Positions 49,410 to 61,784 of a stretch of DNA of 64,000 nt are shown in pieces. A model generated the notes under the pieces. It was not told the DNA's origin. It searched no databases and saw only the letters and a list, made by a program, of their open reading frames with translations. Position numbers and translations under genes: made by a program. The stretch is taken from the NCBI RefSeq assembly GCF_035084215.1, contig NC_090340.1, positions 4,650,001 through 4,714,000 of the forward strand. The letters run 5' to 3'. Numbering within the stretch: the first letter of the stretch is position 1; each line of letters opens with the position of its first letter. The DNA is from Heptranchias perlo. Taxonomy: Eukaryota.

Positions 49410-51822
49410 AGCACCCCATTTTTCTACGAACACATGAAGCACTTTCAGGTTCTGCTCTCCTCTGCCAAAACTGCTCACAACACCAGGATCATCCTGGAAT
49501 GCGAAGATGACACACGGTTTCTCTGCTGCACTATCTTTTAAAGCCCCACTCCACTGCCCGCTCAACCCTCACCTCCAACAACAAGTGCGATGAGCTCATG
49601 GACATTTATGTCGACTAAGTTTGAGCGCCTCTGTTCAATTAACTCTGCTGCTTTCCTCCCTCCCCCTTGGCCACCAAACTAAACATCACCCAAAAATTCC
49701 CACTACACTCGCCCTTAACTCACATCATTCTGTAGTTTTTCTCCTATCTCCCCTAATGCCATCTCCGAAATCATCTTGTCCACGAGACCCACCTCTTGCT
49801 TCTGCACCCCTGCTTCCCAGCAAACTACTGACCACACAACTTTCATTCCTGGCCGCCATGCTATCTGATATTTCCAACAGTTCCCTCCTCTCAGGTACCG
49901 TAACGCTCCAATTAGGATCTCCATCATTACCACCTCATTTAAAACCCACCCTTGAACTCTGTGTCCTGGCAAACTGCCGCCCAATCTCCAAATTCAAGTC
50001 CATCTCCAAATCCTTGAACTTGTTGTCCCCATCCAAATCCATGCCCACTATTCCTGTGACTCTATGTTTGACCATCCCAAAACAGGCTGCCGCCCCGGCC
50101 ACAGCATGAAATGGTCCGTACCAAGTCACAAATGACATCCTATGTGACTGTTACTGAGGTCAGCTATCCCTCCTCATCCTGCCCGACATGTCTGCAGCCT
50201 TTATCTCGTTTGACCACACCATCCTCCTGAACCACTTCTCCTCTGGGTAGGACTGCCCTCCCCTTGCTCTATTCTTATCTGTTATGATGCAGCCAGAGGC
50301 CTTACTGCAATGGCTTCTCTTCCCGCTCCCCAACCATTTCAGCTAGAGTCCCCAAGGATTTTACTTGCCCCCCTCCTATTTCTCATTTACATGCTGCCAC
50401 ATCTGAAAATACAATGCCACATTCCACATGTACGCTGATGATAAGAACATAAGAACATACTCAGCTCTCCATCATTATCACACCTTTTGACTCGTTCATT
50501 GCCTTTGATTTAACATGCTGCTTGTCAGGCATCCAGCCTTGTTTGCACAGAAATTTCTTGCAATTGAATATTGGAAAGACTGACATCATCGGCTCCACAA
50601 CTTAAGTTTAACTGGAAGTGAGGGGGAGGCCCGAGCTGTCGGCTGCCAGTCAGCTGATCCGATGTGGGAGCTGTAAACTCCAGGAGGTCAGTTCCTTCCG
50701 CTCACCCACCCCAGGTCCCGAACTCTACCTCCCGCTGGCCCCAATCTCTAGCCTCCCCCGGCGCCCATCTCCAGCCTCCCCGTGGCCGCGATCTCCAGAC
50801 TCACGCACTCTGAATCGTGGCCCGGAACCGATGCTCCCATTCTGATGCTGGTGGCAATTCCCGCTGGGGACGGCTGCGGCATCCTGCTGTCAGACATGGC
50901 TCCCGCCAGCCAAACAGGCTGTCAATTTTCAAGCCCAACAAGATTCAAATGAGGCACTGCCGTTCAGATCGGTAGGCCTTCCACGGCCCCAACTTTGCCG
51001 GCTTCTCAACCCGCCCCCACCGCACCATATCCAGCTCCCCATTAATATTGGGGCCATTGTATTCCGTCCTGCCACAAACTCAGTTCCCCAGCCACAGACC
51101 TCCGGCCAATGTCTGCGGTTAAACCAAACTTTTCGCAAACTTAATGTCCTATTTGTCCCTAAGGGGAGCTTCCAATCCTATAATCATCTCAATCACCAAG
51201 ACCACCAACTTTCACCTTATTAATATTGCCCGTTTACACCCCTGTCTCAGCCCATCTGCTGCTGAAACCCTCATCCATGCTTTTCTTACTTACAATCTCG
51301 ACGATTCCAAAGCTCTCCTGGCTGATCTGAAACCTTGCACCCTATTAAGCTGATCCAAACCTCTGCTCCCCTTATCCTAACCCATACATCCAATTCCACT
51401 ATGCTCACTAAACTACCTTGACTCCGGGTCCGGCATTGCTCCCAATTTAAAATCCGCATCCTTCTGATCAAATCCTTCAATGACCTTGCTCCTCACTATC
51501 TCTGTAACCACCCACAGCAGTACGACTCAGAGAACTCTGTGCTCCTCCAATTCTGGAATCTTGCACGTCCCCAATATTCCTCGGACCAACACTGGCGGCC
51601 GTGCCTTCAGCTGTGCAGGCCCTAATTTCTGGAATTCCCTGCATAAATCCGTCCCTCTCTCTACCTCTTTCTCCTCCTTCACGGCGCTCGTTAAAACCTA
51701 CCAATTGGACCAAGCTTTTGGTCACCTGCCCTAATATCTGTGACTTACTGTCATTTTTTTTTTCAGAAAGCGGTCCTGTGAAGTGCCTTGGGACAATATA
51801 CTATGTTAATGGCGCTATATAA
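49410..51822 (+). mobile_element. Degraded L2 fragment (copy B of 10810-13200)
   Basis: Colinear with copy A; MYADD, GGRAFS, L2-type 3' end. Confidence 0.8.
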
Positions 51823-51824
51823 TA

Positions 51825-53830
51825 GAACCAGAGAACCATAGAAAAGATACAGCACAGAAGGGGGCCATTAGGCCCATCGTGTTCGTGCTGTCTCAAAGAA
51901 CAACCAGGTGCCCATTCGAATCTAATTTTCCAGAACCCGGTCCGTAGCCCTGCAGCTTACAGCAATTTGGGTGCACATCCAGGTACTTTTCAAAAGAGTT
52001 GAGGGTCCCTGCCTCTTCCACCAATTCGGGCAGCGATTTTCATACACCCACCACCCTCTGGGTAAAGAAGTGTTTCCTCATGTCCCCTCGAATCCTTCCG
52101 CAAATCAGCTTAAATCTATGTCCTCTCGTTCTTGAGCTCTCTGCCAGGGGAAACAGGTACTTCCTGTCTCCTCTATCTCGGCCCCTCATAATTTTGTGCA
52201 CCACAATCAAGTCACCCCTCAGCCTCGTCTGCTCCAAGGAAAACTACCCCAGCCTATCCAAACTCTCATTGTAGCTGCAATTTTCAAGCCCTGGCAACAT
52301 TCTTGTAAATCTTCTGTGCACTCTCTCCACAGCAATTACCTCCTTCTGTTATGTGGTGACCAGAACTGCGCACAATACTCCAGCTGTGGCCTTACTAGCG
52401 TTTTATACAGTTCCATTATTACATTCCTGATTTTGTATTCTATACCTCGGCTAATAACGGAGAGCATTCCGAATGCCTTCTTCACAACCTTATCTACCTG
52501 TACTGCCACCTTCAGGGGCCTATGCACATGCACTCCAAGGTCTCTCACTTCCTCTATTCCTCTCAATATATTCCCGTTTACTGCGTATTCCCTTTTATTC
52601 TTAACCCTACGTAAGTGCAATGCTTCACACTTCTTCGGGTTGAACTCCATTTACCACATTTCCGCCCACTCCTCCAACCCATTGGTATCTTCTTGGAGTC
52701 CACAGCTATATTCTTCACTATCAACTACACGGCCAAATTTTGTGTCGTCTGCAAATTTGCCAATCAAGCCCGCTACATTCAAGTTCAAATCATTAATATA
52801 TACCACAAAGAGCAAGAGACCCAACACTGAGCCCTGTGGCACACCACTGGAAACGGATTTCATTCGCAAAGACATCCATCGACTTTTACCATTTGTATCC
52901 TGTTCCTGAGACAATTTTGGATCCAATTCGCCACATTGCCCTGTATCCCCTTTACCTCAGAAAGGGCTTTTACCTTTCTGACCAGTGTGCCATGTGGGAC
53001 CTTGTCAAATTCCTTACTAAAATCCATGTAGACAGCATCCACTGCAATACCCTCATCAATCCTCCTTGTCTCTTCCTCAAAGAATTCAATCAGATTTGTA
53101 AGGCATGACTTTCCCTGAGCAAATCCATTCTGACTATCCCTGATTAAACCATGCCTTTCCACCTGACAGTTTATCCTATCTCTCAGTATTGATTCGAATA
53201 GTTTGCCCACCACCGAGGTCAGACTAACCGGCTTATAATTGTTCGGTCTTTCCCTCGTATAGTTTTCAAACAATGGTACTACGTTAGCAGTGGTCTAATC
53301 CGCCGGTACCGCCCCTGTATTTAGTGAGGATTGGAAAATGATCCTCAGAGCATCCGTTATTTCCTCCCTGGCTTCCTTCCATAGACTACGAAAGAATCCA
53401 TCCGGCCCTGGTGACTTATCAGCTTTCAAGGATTCCAGTCCCTCTCGTAATGCCTCCCTCGCTATGTTCACCATATCCAATATTTCACACCTCCCCTCTT
53501 TAACTACTACGTCCGGATCATCCCTTTCCCTTGTGAAGACGGAGAAAAAAAATATTCATTTAAAACCCGACCCACATCCTCTGCTTCTACACCCTTATCA
53601 TCCCTGATGGGTCCCACCTTTTCCTTTGCTATCCTCTTATCCTTGATGTACTGATAAAACATCTTTGGGTTTTCTTTAATCATACTAGCTAATATTTTTT
53701 CATGCCCTCTCTTTGCTTTCCTTATTTACTTTTTTTACATCATCCCTGTACTTTCTATACTCCTCGAAGCCTTCTGCAGTATTTAGTTTTTTGTAATAGT
53801 CACAATTTTTCTTTTTCTGCTTCATCTTGC
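51825..53830 (-). mobile_element. Degraded CR1 fragment (copy B of 13200-15200)
   Basis: GVPQGSVLG, FADDTK, KSPGPDG. Confidence 0.88.
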
Positions 53831-56659
53831 CCCATCAATTCTGTCATTGAATCAACTCCTGCCATCCACTCAGTAACAAAGCTCCCTTTTTCATTTACGG
53901 TCCATTTTTCTTGGCTATGTAGCTGCCTGAAAGATTTTATTCTGAGACATTTTCAGTGGTGACGATAGGCCGTTCACCTGAAAAGTTAACCCTATGTTTT
54001 TCTCTCCACGGGTACTGCCTGACCTGATAATGGTTTGTAGCATTTTCTATTTATATTTCAGACTTTCAGAATCCGCACTGTTTTGATTCTTCTTTGGTAC
54101 AGTTGCAATGACTGATGAAGTATCCGAAATCATCGCCCTTAAATTCATTGGCCCCGAATTTCTTCGGGGTTTTCTCGATCTCCCTGCGCAAACCCAGCCA
54201 AAACGGTGCAGATGGCTGTTTTCAACCGTTTACGCTGTTTCTCTGGGATTCTGCTGTCTCCAGTCGAAGTGGTTGCTGTAGATCAGGGGAACCCCCTGCG
54301 GAATTTCTGGAACTTTCTATCCTGAAATTTTGAATTAGTTGTATACATCTCTTAGAGTACAAGAGCCCGTGGTAGAATAGCCCGGCATCTGGAAGATTTT
54401 GAACACAGAGATCCAGAAACTTGTGGTTAAAACGTTTTTAAAAGTTTGGAACTGGAACAGTAAGCAATGAAAACATTGATCAAATCCTCTCTTATTAGAA
54501 AAACCCCAATAACGCCAGAGTAATTTGCGAAAACCGTGGTCCCCATTATCAATCCATCAATGTAGCTGGCGATGAATGGGGGATATTTCCCAGGTATAGA
54601 GAGGAATTATAAGATAATGAAGGGCACTTTAATCAGATGAACATAATTATTTTGAAAGACTATAATTGACGTGAAATTAGAACTTCATCGGCACAGGTGT
54701 GGACTCGTACATTACGTTTAAAATATGTGATTAATAAAAGGGCTGATTATTTCCAGGCGATTTTAAGCTGCACCAGCGATGTAGAATGCTCCAAGCTTTA
54801 AGACGAAATGGCAATTTCTCAGAAGTGAAGACAGCCACTGGATGAAACGCAACAGAGTATGCTGGAATAGGCAACAATATATTCTACCTTCAAAGAGATC
54901 GTGTAATTGTCACCAACGGATCTATATATAGTTAAGGAAAATGTGACACTCAATAACAGCCAGCCAGATTACGGAACTTTTCCACAATGCGTTTAAAAGG
55001 AGCTTCAGAAGCGTTTTCTGCTGTCTCTGTTTCAACTAATGTCACTTGTGAATAAATTGACTGCTAATGAAGAGTATGCACGGAAATCAGTAATTTAACT
55101 GAAATAAAACGATCCAATTACACAATAAGTAGCGCATAGAATATTGATGTAAAATGTGCAAATTAGAGTTGCATGGTACAGAGTTTTTAAAGTTTATTCA
55201 GAAAAGGGAACGACTAGGAACAGGTTTATCAAATTTCCCAATCTGAAAAAGATTAAAAATTCAGAAAATATTGGTTGGAGTTCACAAAACCTCGTGCACA
55301 TCATCTTCCAGAAGGTCTCGGGTGCCATTTTTAGCCAGTTACAGCGACGCGTGGCCTATGGTTTACGAAGCACAATTCTCTATATGCAAGTAGCAAAATG
55401 AGTCGGTGTAGTTGTTGATAACACTAAAGAATATCTAATATGACGATGTATCTCTGGCCAAGACACTTTTGCAAATAGTCAACTGGTACAAGAACAGTTC
55501 TTTTAAGGGCGGAAACCACATTAATTGTTGACTGGCATGGACAACACACAGTGCAGTATTTAGTTCCAAAATGGACCAGTGTGCAAGTATCATGGATGGA
55601 AAATAGGTATGCCGAAAAAAACTGTATTCAGGGTGTACAAATGAGTGTTTTGGATGCATTCGGGCAATATCTGTTGAAAAATGCAGGTTAGACATAAAAA
55701 GATGAAAGTACATGACGGAAACAAAAGTTCCCGTCGCCCATTCTCTTATGAAAAATTCGGTGTCGAGTGAAGATTGTATGGACGAACATTATCTCGTTGG
55801 TCACACTGCATGTCAATGCTACAGTGCAGCTTAGGTTTCCACTTCCTCCCCTTTCAGACCAGCGAAGCAGACACAAATTACCAGACAAGTCTTCGCCCGG
55901 ATTTCGATGCGCAGGTTGCGCGTCTGCCGCAGTTGCATGCATCGCGTGCAAGGATACCAAGTGCACAGCGGTTCAGCTCCGCGCATAAAGGCTATATGAA
56001 ATTGACGGGGCAGGGAACCTAATCGGATCTTGCACCCGTTGTTCTTCAGCTACTTTGATTTTCGCAGGTCTTTGGTGAGAGGAATGGGGCAAAATAAGCA
56101 GGCATTATGCAATGCACAGAGCCCCGCTTATAGTGGAGTAGGTCAACTGGCCCTCAGTGTCACTGAAAGTTGAGCCAAAAGGTAAGCTGTTTCCCTCCAC
56201 AGCGCCAGGCGGAAGACTCTCGTGGCCGGGGGTCTTCTTGCTACTGTATTTTGAACAGTCGCCAGCAGGCTACACAGTCGGAGGTCATGAGCGCTGCTGC
56301 AGGCATCTCAGGCCACAGCACCAGTAACGGCTGGATTACGCTCTATGCTTGCGGGTGCAGGCACTCTGCCAAGGGGAGCGAGGTACTGAGAATATTATAT
56401 CTAAATAAATGATCTATACCTTTCAATGTCTGCTGATTCGGGCCGTCGGGTGCACTAGATTTTGGTTCCACTCCATGGCATCTGCGTTTTGATGATTGGG
56501 CGTGGGAAATGGTTAATTGTCCAAAGTCTTGCGCCACCTGCATCCAACTTTTAATAAATGAGAACTTGCAATTTTTGATGGTCTCACAGGGCAGGGTATT
56601 TTCATCAATGATAAAATTGATCAAATATTTCACTGGGTAGGGTACAATTTAAACGGCGA

Positions 56660-56828
56660 GACACCGATCTCCCCAGTTAACATCGGAGGAAGATGGACCG
56701 AAACCTTGAAGATTGGGCGGATTCGACCGTTTCTGCCCTTTCTCCAGAGATTCCATCGATATTTCGCCAATGTTAGGGTGGGGTATCGGAAGAACGTCGC
56801 AATCCTGTATGGAGAACAGATTGGTGTC
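56660..56828. repeat. Short inverted-repeat (MITE-like) element
   Basis: gacaccgatct ... agattggtgtc, an 11-bp inverted repeat with 1 mismatch around a GC-richer core. Confidence 0.45.
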
Positions 56829-57039
56829 GGATCCTCTGACTCTGAGGAGGCCAATCAAAGGAAAAGCTTATGGTTATTCATTTTGTGTAAATCAACATAG
56901 GAGATCAGCTCCTGAAAAGGTTTAAACTCTTCATTTTTCTTTCAATTCCGGATTATTGATAAAATGTCGTTTCATGATTAAAATGTAATTTAATGATAAG
57001 TTTGAATTAGAGAATGCAACAGAATGTGATGCATTTTAG

Positions 57040-57725
57040 AAGGAAGAATGAGGAGAGGCAATATAAACTAAATGGTATAATTTAAAAGGGGACACACGAA
57101 CAGAGGGACCTGGGACTTCACATGTACAAATCTTTGAAGTGGTAGGACAAATCGATAGGGCTGTTAATAAAGCCATGGGATCCTTGTCTTTAAAAATAGA
57201 GGCATTGCACACACACAAAAGGAATTTATGACAAATCTTTATAAATCACTCGTTAGATCTCAACTGGAGTATTGCGTCCAATTCTGGGTCCCGCACTTTA
57301 GGAACGATGTGAAGGCTGAGATGGTGCAGATGAGATTTCCTAGAATGATACCAGGGAAGAGGTATTCAGTTATGTGGAGAGACCAGCGAAGTTGGGATTG
57401 ATGCCCTTGGGGATCAGAAAGTTAAATGAAGATTTAATAGAGGAGTTCAAAATTGTGAGGTGTTTTGAGACAGTGAATAAGATAAAACTGTTTCCACTAG
57501 CAGGAGGGTCGGTAACCAGAGGACACATGTGTAAGGAAATTGGCAAAAGAATCAGGGGGTAGATGAGGTGAAATTTTTATGCAGCGAGTTGTTGTGATCT
57601 GGTTTATACTGCCTGAAAGGATGGTGGAAGCAGATTTCACAGTCACTTTCAGAAGGGAATTGAATATATAATGTACATCCTTTTTGCTGAATGACCTCCA
57701 TCTTTGCTGTATGATTTATGATTCT
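57040..57725 (+). mobile_element. Degraded CR1 3' fragment
   Basis: YKSLVRSQLEYCVQFW, DLIEEFKI, KLFPLAGGSVTRGH; tatgattc-type tail. Confidence 0.82.
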
Positions 57726-57859
57726 GTGTAATGTTTCATGATAATTGGAGAGCAAATGACTAAGATAATCAAGATGTGGAGATGCCGGTGATGGACTGGG
57801 GTTGACAATTGTTAACAAATTTACAACACCAAGTTATAGTCCAGCAATTTTATTTTAAA

Positions 57860-57898
57860 TTCACAAGCTTTCGGAGGCTTCCTCCTTCCTCAGGTGAA
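57860..57898 (-). ncRNA. Minimal type-I hammerhead ribozyme motif in the Penelope terminal repeat
   Basis: Minus strand TTCAC-CTGAGGA-A-GGAGG-AAG-CCTCC-GAAA-GC-TT-GTGAA: stem I, CUGANGA core, stem II, GAAA and palindromic AAGCTT stem III. Confidence 0.8.
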
Positions 57899-58133
57899 CG
57901 TTTGTTGGAAATGAAATCCTCGAAATGAAATCGCATTTATAATTCACAGAACAATGCTTGGTGATTACAGAAAGTTTTTTCAACTGCCCGTTGCCAAGGC
58001 AATCAGTGTGCAGACAGACAGGTGTTACCTGCAAGGTCTCCGAATATACAAATCACCAAATAAAAACAATAAACAAAACAAAATAGAGATAGAGAGGTAG
58101 AAACATAGAAAAGACAGCAACTGACCCGTTATA

Positions 58134-59478
58134 TTAAAAACAGATAACATTTGTTTGCTGGTGGCGTGACATGAACCCAAGATCCCGGTTGAGGCCGTCC
58201 TCATGGGTGCGGAACTTGGCTATCAATTTCTGCTCGACGATTTTGCGTTGTTGTGTGTCTCGAAGGCAGCCTTGGAGTACGCTTACCCGAAGGTCGGTGG
58301 CTGAATGTCCTTGACTGCTGAAGTGTTCCCCGACTGGGAGGGAACCCTCCTGTCTGGCGATTGTTGCGTGGTGTCCGTTCATCCGTTGTCGCAGCGTCTG
58401 CATGGTCTCGCCAAAGTACCATGCTCTGGGGCATCCTTTCCTGCAACGTATGAGGTAGACAACGTTGGCCGAGTCACAGGAGTATGAACCATGCACTTGG
58501 TGGGTAGTGTCCTCTCGTGTGATGGTGGTATCTGTGTCGATGATCTGGCATGTCTTGCAGAGGTTACCGTGGCAGGGTTGTGTGGTGTCCTGGACGCTGT
58601 TCTCCTGAAAGCTAGGTAATTTGCTGCGAACGATGGTCTGTTTGAGGTTGGGTGGCTGTTTAAAGGCGAGTAGTGGAGGTGTGGGGATGGCCATAGCGAG
58701 GTGTTCGTCCTCATTGATGACATGTTGAAGGCTGCGGAGAACATGGCGTAGTTTCTTCGCTCCGGGGAAGTACTGGACGACAAAGGGTACTCTGTTGGTT
58801 GGGTCCCGTGTTAGTCTCCTGAGGAGGTCTATGCGATTTTTTGCTGTGGCCGGTCGGAACTGTCGATCGATGAGTCGAGCGTCATATCCCGTTCTTACGA
58901 GGGCGTCTTTCAGCGTCTGTAGGTGTCCATCGCGTTCCTCCTCGTCTGAGCAGACCCTGTGTATTCGCAGGGCCTGTCCATAGGGGATGGCCTCTTTGAC
59001 GTGGTTAGGGTGGAAGCTGGAAAAGTGGAGCATCGTGAGGTTGTCTGTGGGCTTGCGGTAGAGTGAGGTGCTGAGGTGCCCGTCTTTGATGGAGATTCGT
59101 GTGTCCAAGAAAGAAACTGATTCTGAGGAGTAGTCCATGGTGAGCTTGATGGTGGGATGGAACTTGTTGATGTTATCGTGTCGTCTCTTTCGTGATTCCT
59201 TGCCGTGGGTCCATAGAAAGAAAATGTCGTCGATGTATCTGGTGTATAGTGTTGGTTGGAGGTCCTGTGCAGTGAAGAAGTCCCGCTCGAACTTGTGCAT
59301 GAAAATGTTGGCGTATTGGGGTGCGAATTTGGTCCCCATGGCTGTTCCGTGTGTTTGGGTAAAGAACTGGTTATCGAAGGTGAAGGCATTGTGATCCAGG
59401 ATGAAGCGGATGAGTCGTCGGATGGCGTCGGGAGATTGGCTGTTGTTGGTGTTGAGTATTGATGCTGTCGCAGCGATG
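58134..59478 (-). CDS. Penelope RT/GIY-YIG ORF fragment without internal stops (track ORF N-terminus 59479-59723 is flanking DNA)
   Basis: See Penelope element; element homology starts at IAATASILN next to the TSD. Confidence 0.88.
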
Positions 59479-61459
59479 CTAAGATAATCAAAGTTTCGAA
59501 GGCAGATTTGCATTGCTATTTTTGTTTTTGTGTTGTTGCTCTTGTTGTTGAGTCGAGTTGCTGTTGTTGTTGAGTCGAGTTGACAATTGGCACTAAAAGC
59601 TTTTGAGGGGAATGTGCAACGAACAATAACCTGGCGACAGGGGGAACGAAAGAAACAGAGAAACGATTTACCGAACGCTGAGAGAGGTATGCATCTTTCT
59701 GCAGAGTGGAATGGAGGTGACAAAGACCTGATGTGGGAAGGTTAAAATATATGTATTTATTAATAAATTTCCCCAAATCCTCTAGGACAGTGTGAGGTCG
59801 AAAAAGGGAGTGAGCTCGAGAGAAAGCAAAATGTAGGCAATCTGTGAAACAAAATCCACTAAGACCGGACTGAAGAAAAGGAGGGGCATTCGCCTGTGCC
59901 ATTCACAGGTCAGTGAGTTTGCTGCACCTGTCTACCAGCGGGAGTTCCACACGTTAACCAGATCTTTTCCGACCCATCTTTCCTCGGTAATAGTCCATTA
60001 ATTGTGCCGGCTTAGATGGTACCTTCACCCCTTAGAGGGAACCCCACACTGCCGGGGGAGAAATGAGCTGGGGCGCCAGTGAGTCACTGGCTGCACCGTT
60101 AGAATGGACGGTCCAATGTGAAAGGGGGAAGAATCCCTCTAAATAAAACTGCCCCTGAAATGTTCATGGTGTTTTAACTAAGCCCAGCATCAATAAAATA
60201 CTTATTTGGACAATTTGGAAGAGGGAAATTTCGCCATTGCTTATGTCTCACGAGGACGGGTTTCATCATCTTGGGTTGTGTTGCCTTGAGCTTCGAACGT
60301 TGCGGGGTAATTTAATTAAGAAGCTTAAAAAATTAAAGGGATTCGATATGATAGGTACAGAGAAACTATTTCCTCTGGCAGATGAATGGATTAAGGGTAT
60401 CCAGCGTGACACCAACTTTATATGGAGGGAGATAGTTTTTCCGGTATAGCCAAGGATCCAGTGGATATCATAGTTTAAGATATTTTAAACTGTAGTATGC
60501 GCACTACTTATCATTTGATGCCTCATGTCTACAAGAAAGACATTAACCAAACATACCTTGTAAAACTTACAGAGAATAATTTTTAGAGTTATCACATTTC
60601 GAGTACATATCCTTCATCAGGTATACCTGAAATTTTGATATCAGCCCATTACCTTTCATCATTGATATGCTGTGCATTTCCATTTTTTTCTTATTGTAAG
60701 TGAGATTTGAAGTGTTTGATTTATTTATCTTTTATTGCACGACGGTAATTCTGCTTATTTGGAGAAAATATCGTGCATTATGAAAGGCCATGACGATTAC
60801 TGTAAAATGATCGGCTCCTCGAAGCAGCTCCAGATGAGGAGGGTGTGGTCGATTGATCAAGAGGGCAAAATGTTCAAACAGTTACCGAAACACACTGGTC
60901 AGTTTGCGGCATCACAACTGTCGTTGTGTTGTCCCGTGGGCAGAAATCCGGAAGCTGCTAACGTCCAACCAGTCAATCGTTCGCTGAACCAGCTGAACCG
61001 TGAGCCCACGACATTGCCACATAAGGGGTTAAAGTGAGCTAAAACGCTGGATATGTCCTTGATTTACCGCCGTTGTGGAGTACTTTTGTTGCGGAAAAAC
61101 TGAATAAGATGCTATAGCAATTGCTGAGGTGTTCTTTGATGTGAAAAATGGTCCACATTTTTACCTACACACTTACGCTTATGAAAGAAAAGGTGTTTCC
61201 AATCAATGAAGGAATGATAACAATAATTGAATTAAAATGTTATTGGGATTCTTGTATTTTTATACCTATCTTTAGTGTGCATCTGTTCCCTATCGTAATG
61301 TCCATCTCCCAATATTCTCAGTTCACTGGATCTGTGGAGAGCATGTGGTAACTGTTTCTTTATTGTGTTCACTTTACTATTGTACTTTTTGAAATGTTAC
61401 TTGTGCTCCAGTATTATTTCGTTTAATAACATTAACCAAAATAAATGCTTTCATTTTTG

Positions 61460-61784
61460 TGTATCGTCTTTCACGACTTCAGGATGTTCCAAAGCGCATT
61501 ACGGATAATCTGTTTCTAATGACGTTGGTTGAGGGATACATATTGGCCAGGATATTGGGGAAAATTCCCCTGCTCTTCTTGGAAATAGTGAAAAGGGAAT
61601 TTTTACGTCCACCTGAGATTGCAGAGGGGGCCTCGCATTAATGGTACCTCTGATAGTGCAGCACTCCTTTAGAACTGCACTGAAGTACCCGTACAGCTTT
61701 TGTGCTCAATTATCTGGAGTGGTATTTGATCCAAAAAACCGTCTGAATCAGAGGCGAGAGTACTACCACTGAGCCCCAGCTGAC
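61460..61784 (-). mobile_element. tRNA-derived DeuSINE-type SINE (SacSINE1-like) with L2-like tail
   Basis: Minus strand head gtcagctggggctcagtggtagtactctcgcctctgattcaga (A box), degenerate B box, Deu-like cagtgcagttctaaaggagtgctgcactatcagagg, tail gcgctttggaacatcctgaagtcgtgaaa. Confidence 0.75.

Larger units (their letters stand above)
41611..55781 (+). repeat. Segmental duplication, copy B (its left limit here is set by the window edge of copy A)
   Basis: Colinear with 1-17155; lacks the 2.58-kb CR1 and ~430 bp corresponding to A ~8650-9085. Confidence 0.97.
57773..59478 (-). mobile_element. Penelope-like retroelement (RT C-terminal half + GIY-YIG endonuclease + 3' repeat region), 5'-truncated, 13-bp TSD
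   Basis: GTAMGTKFAPQYANIFM, RYIDDIF, FLD, YRKPTD; C..C..C; NVVYLIRC...WYFGET...RQRMNGH...GLN. TSD CTAAGATAATCAA at 57760-57772 and 59479-59491. Confidence 0.95.

Noticed and set aside
52196-52909. 237-aa + strand ORF and many similar ORFs (e.g. 13810-14259, 2421-2795, 43920-44321)
   Set aside because: Antisense shadows of CR1 ORF2; no independent coding signal.
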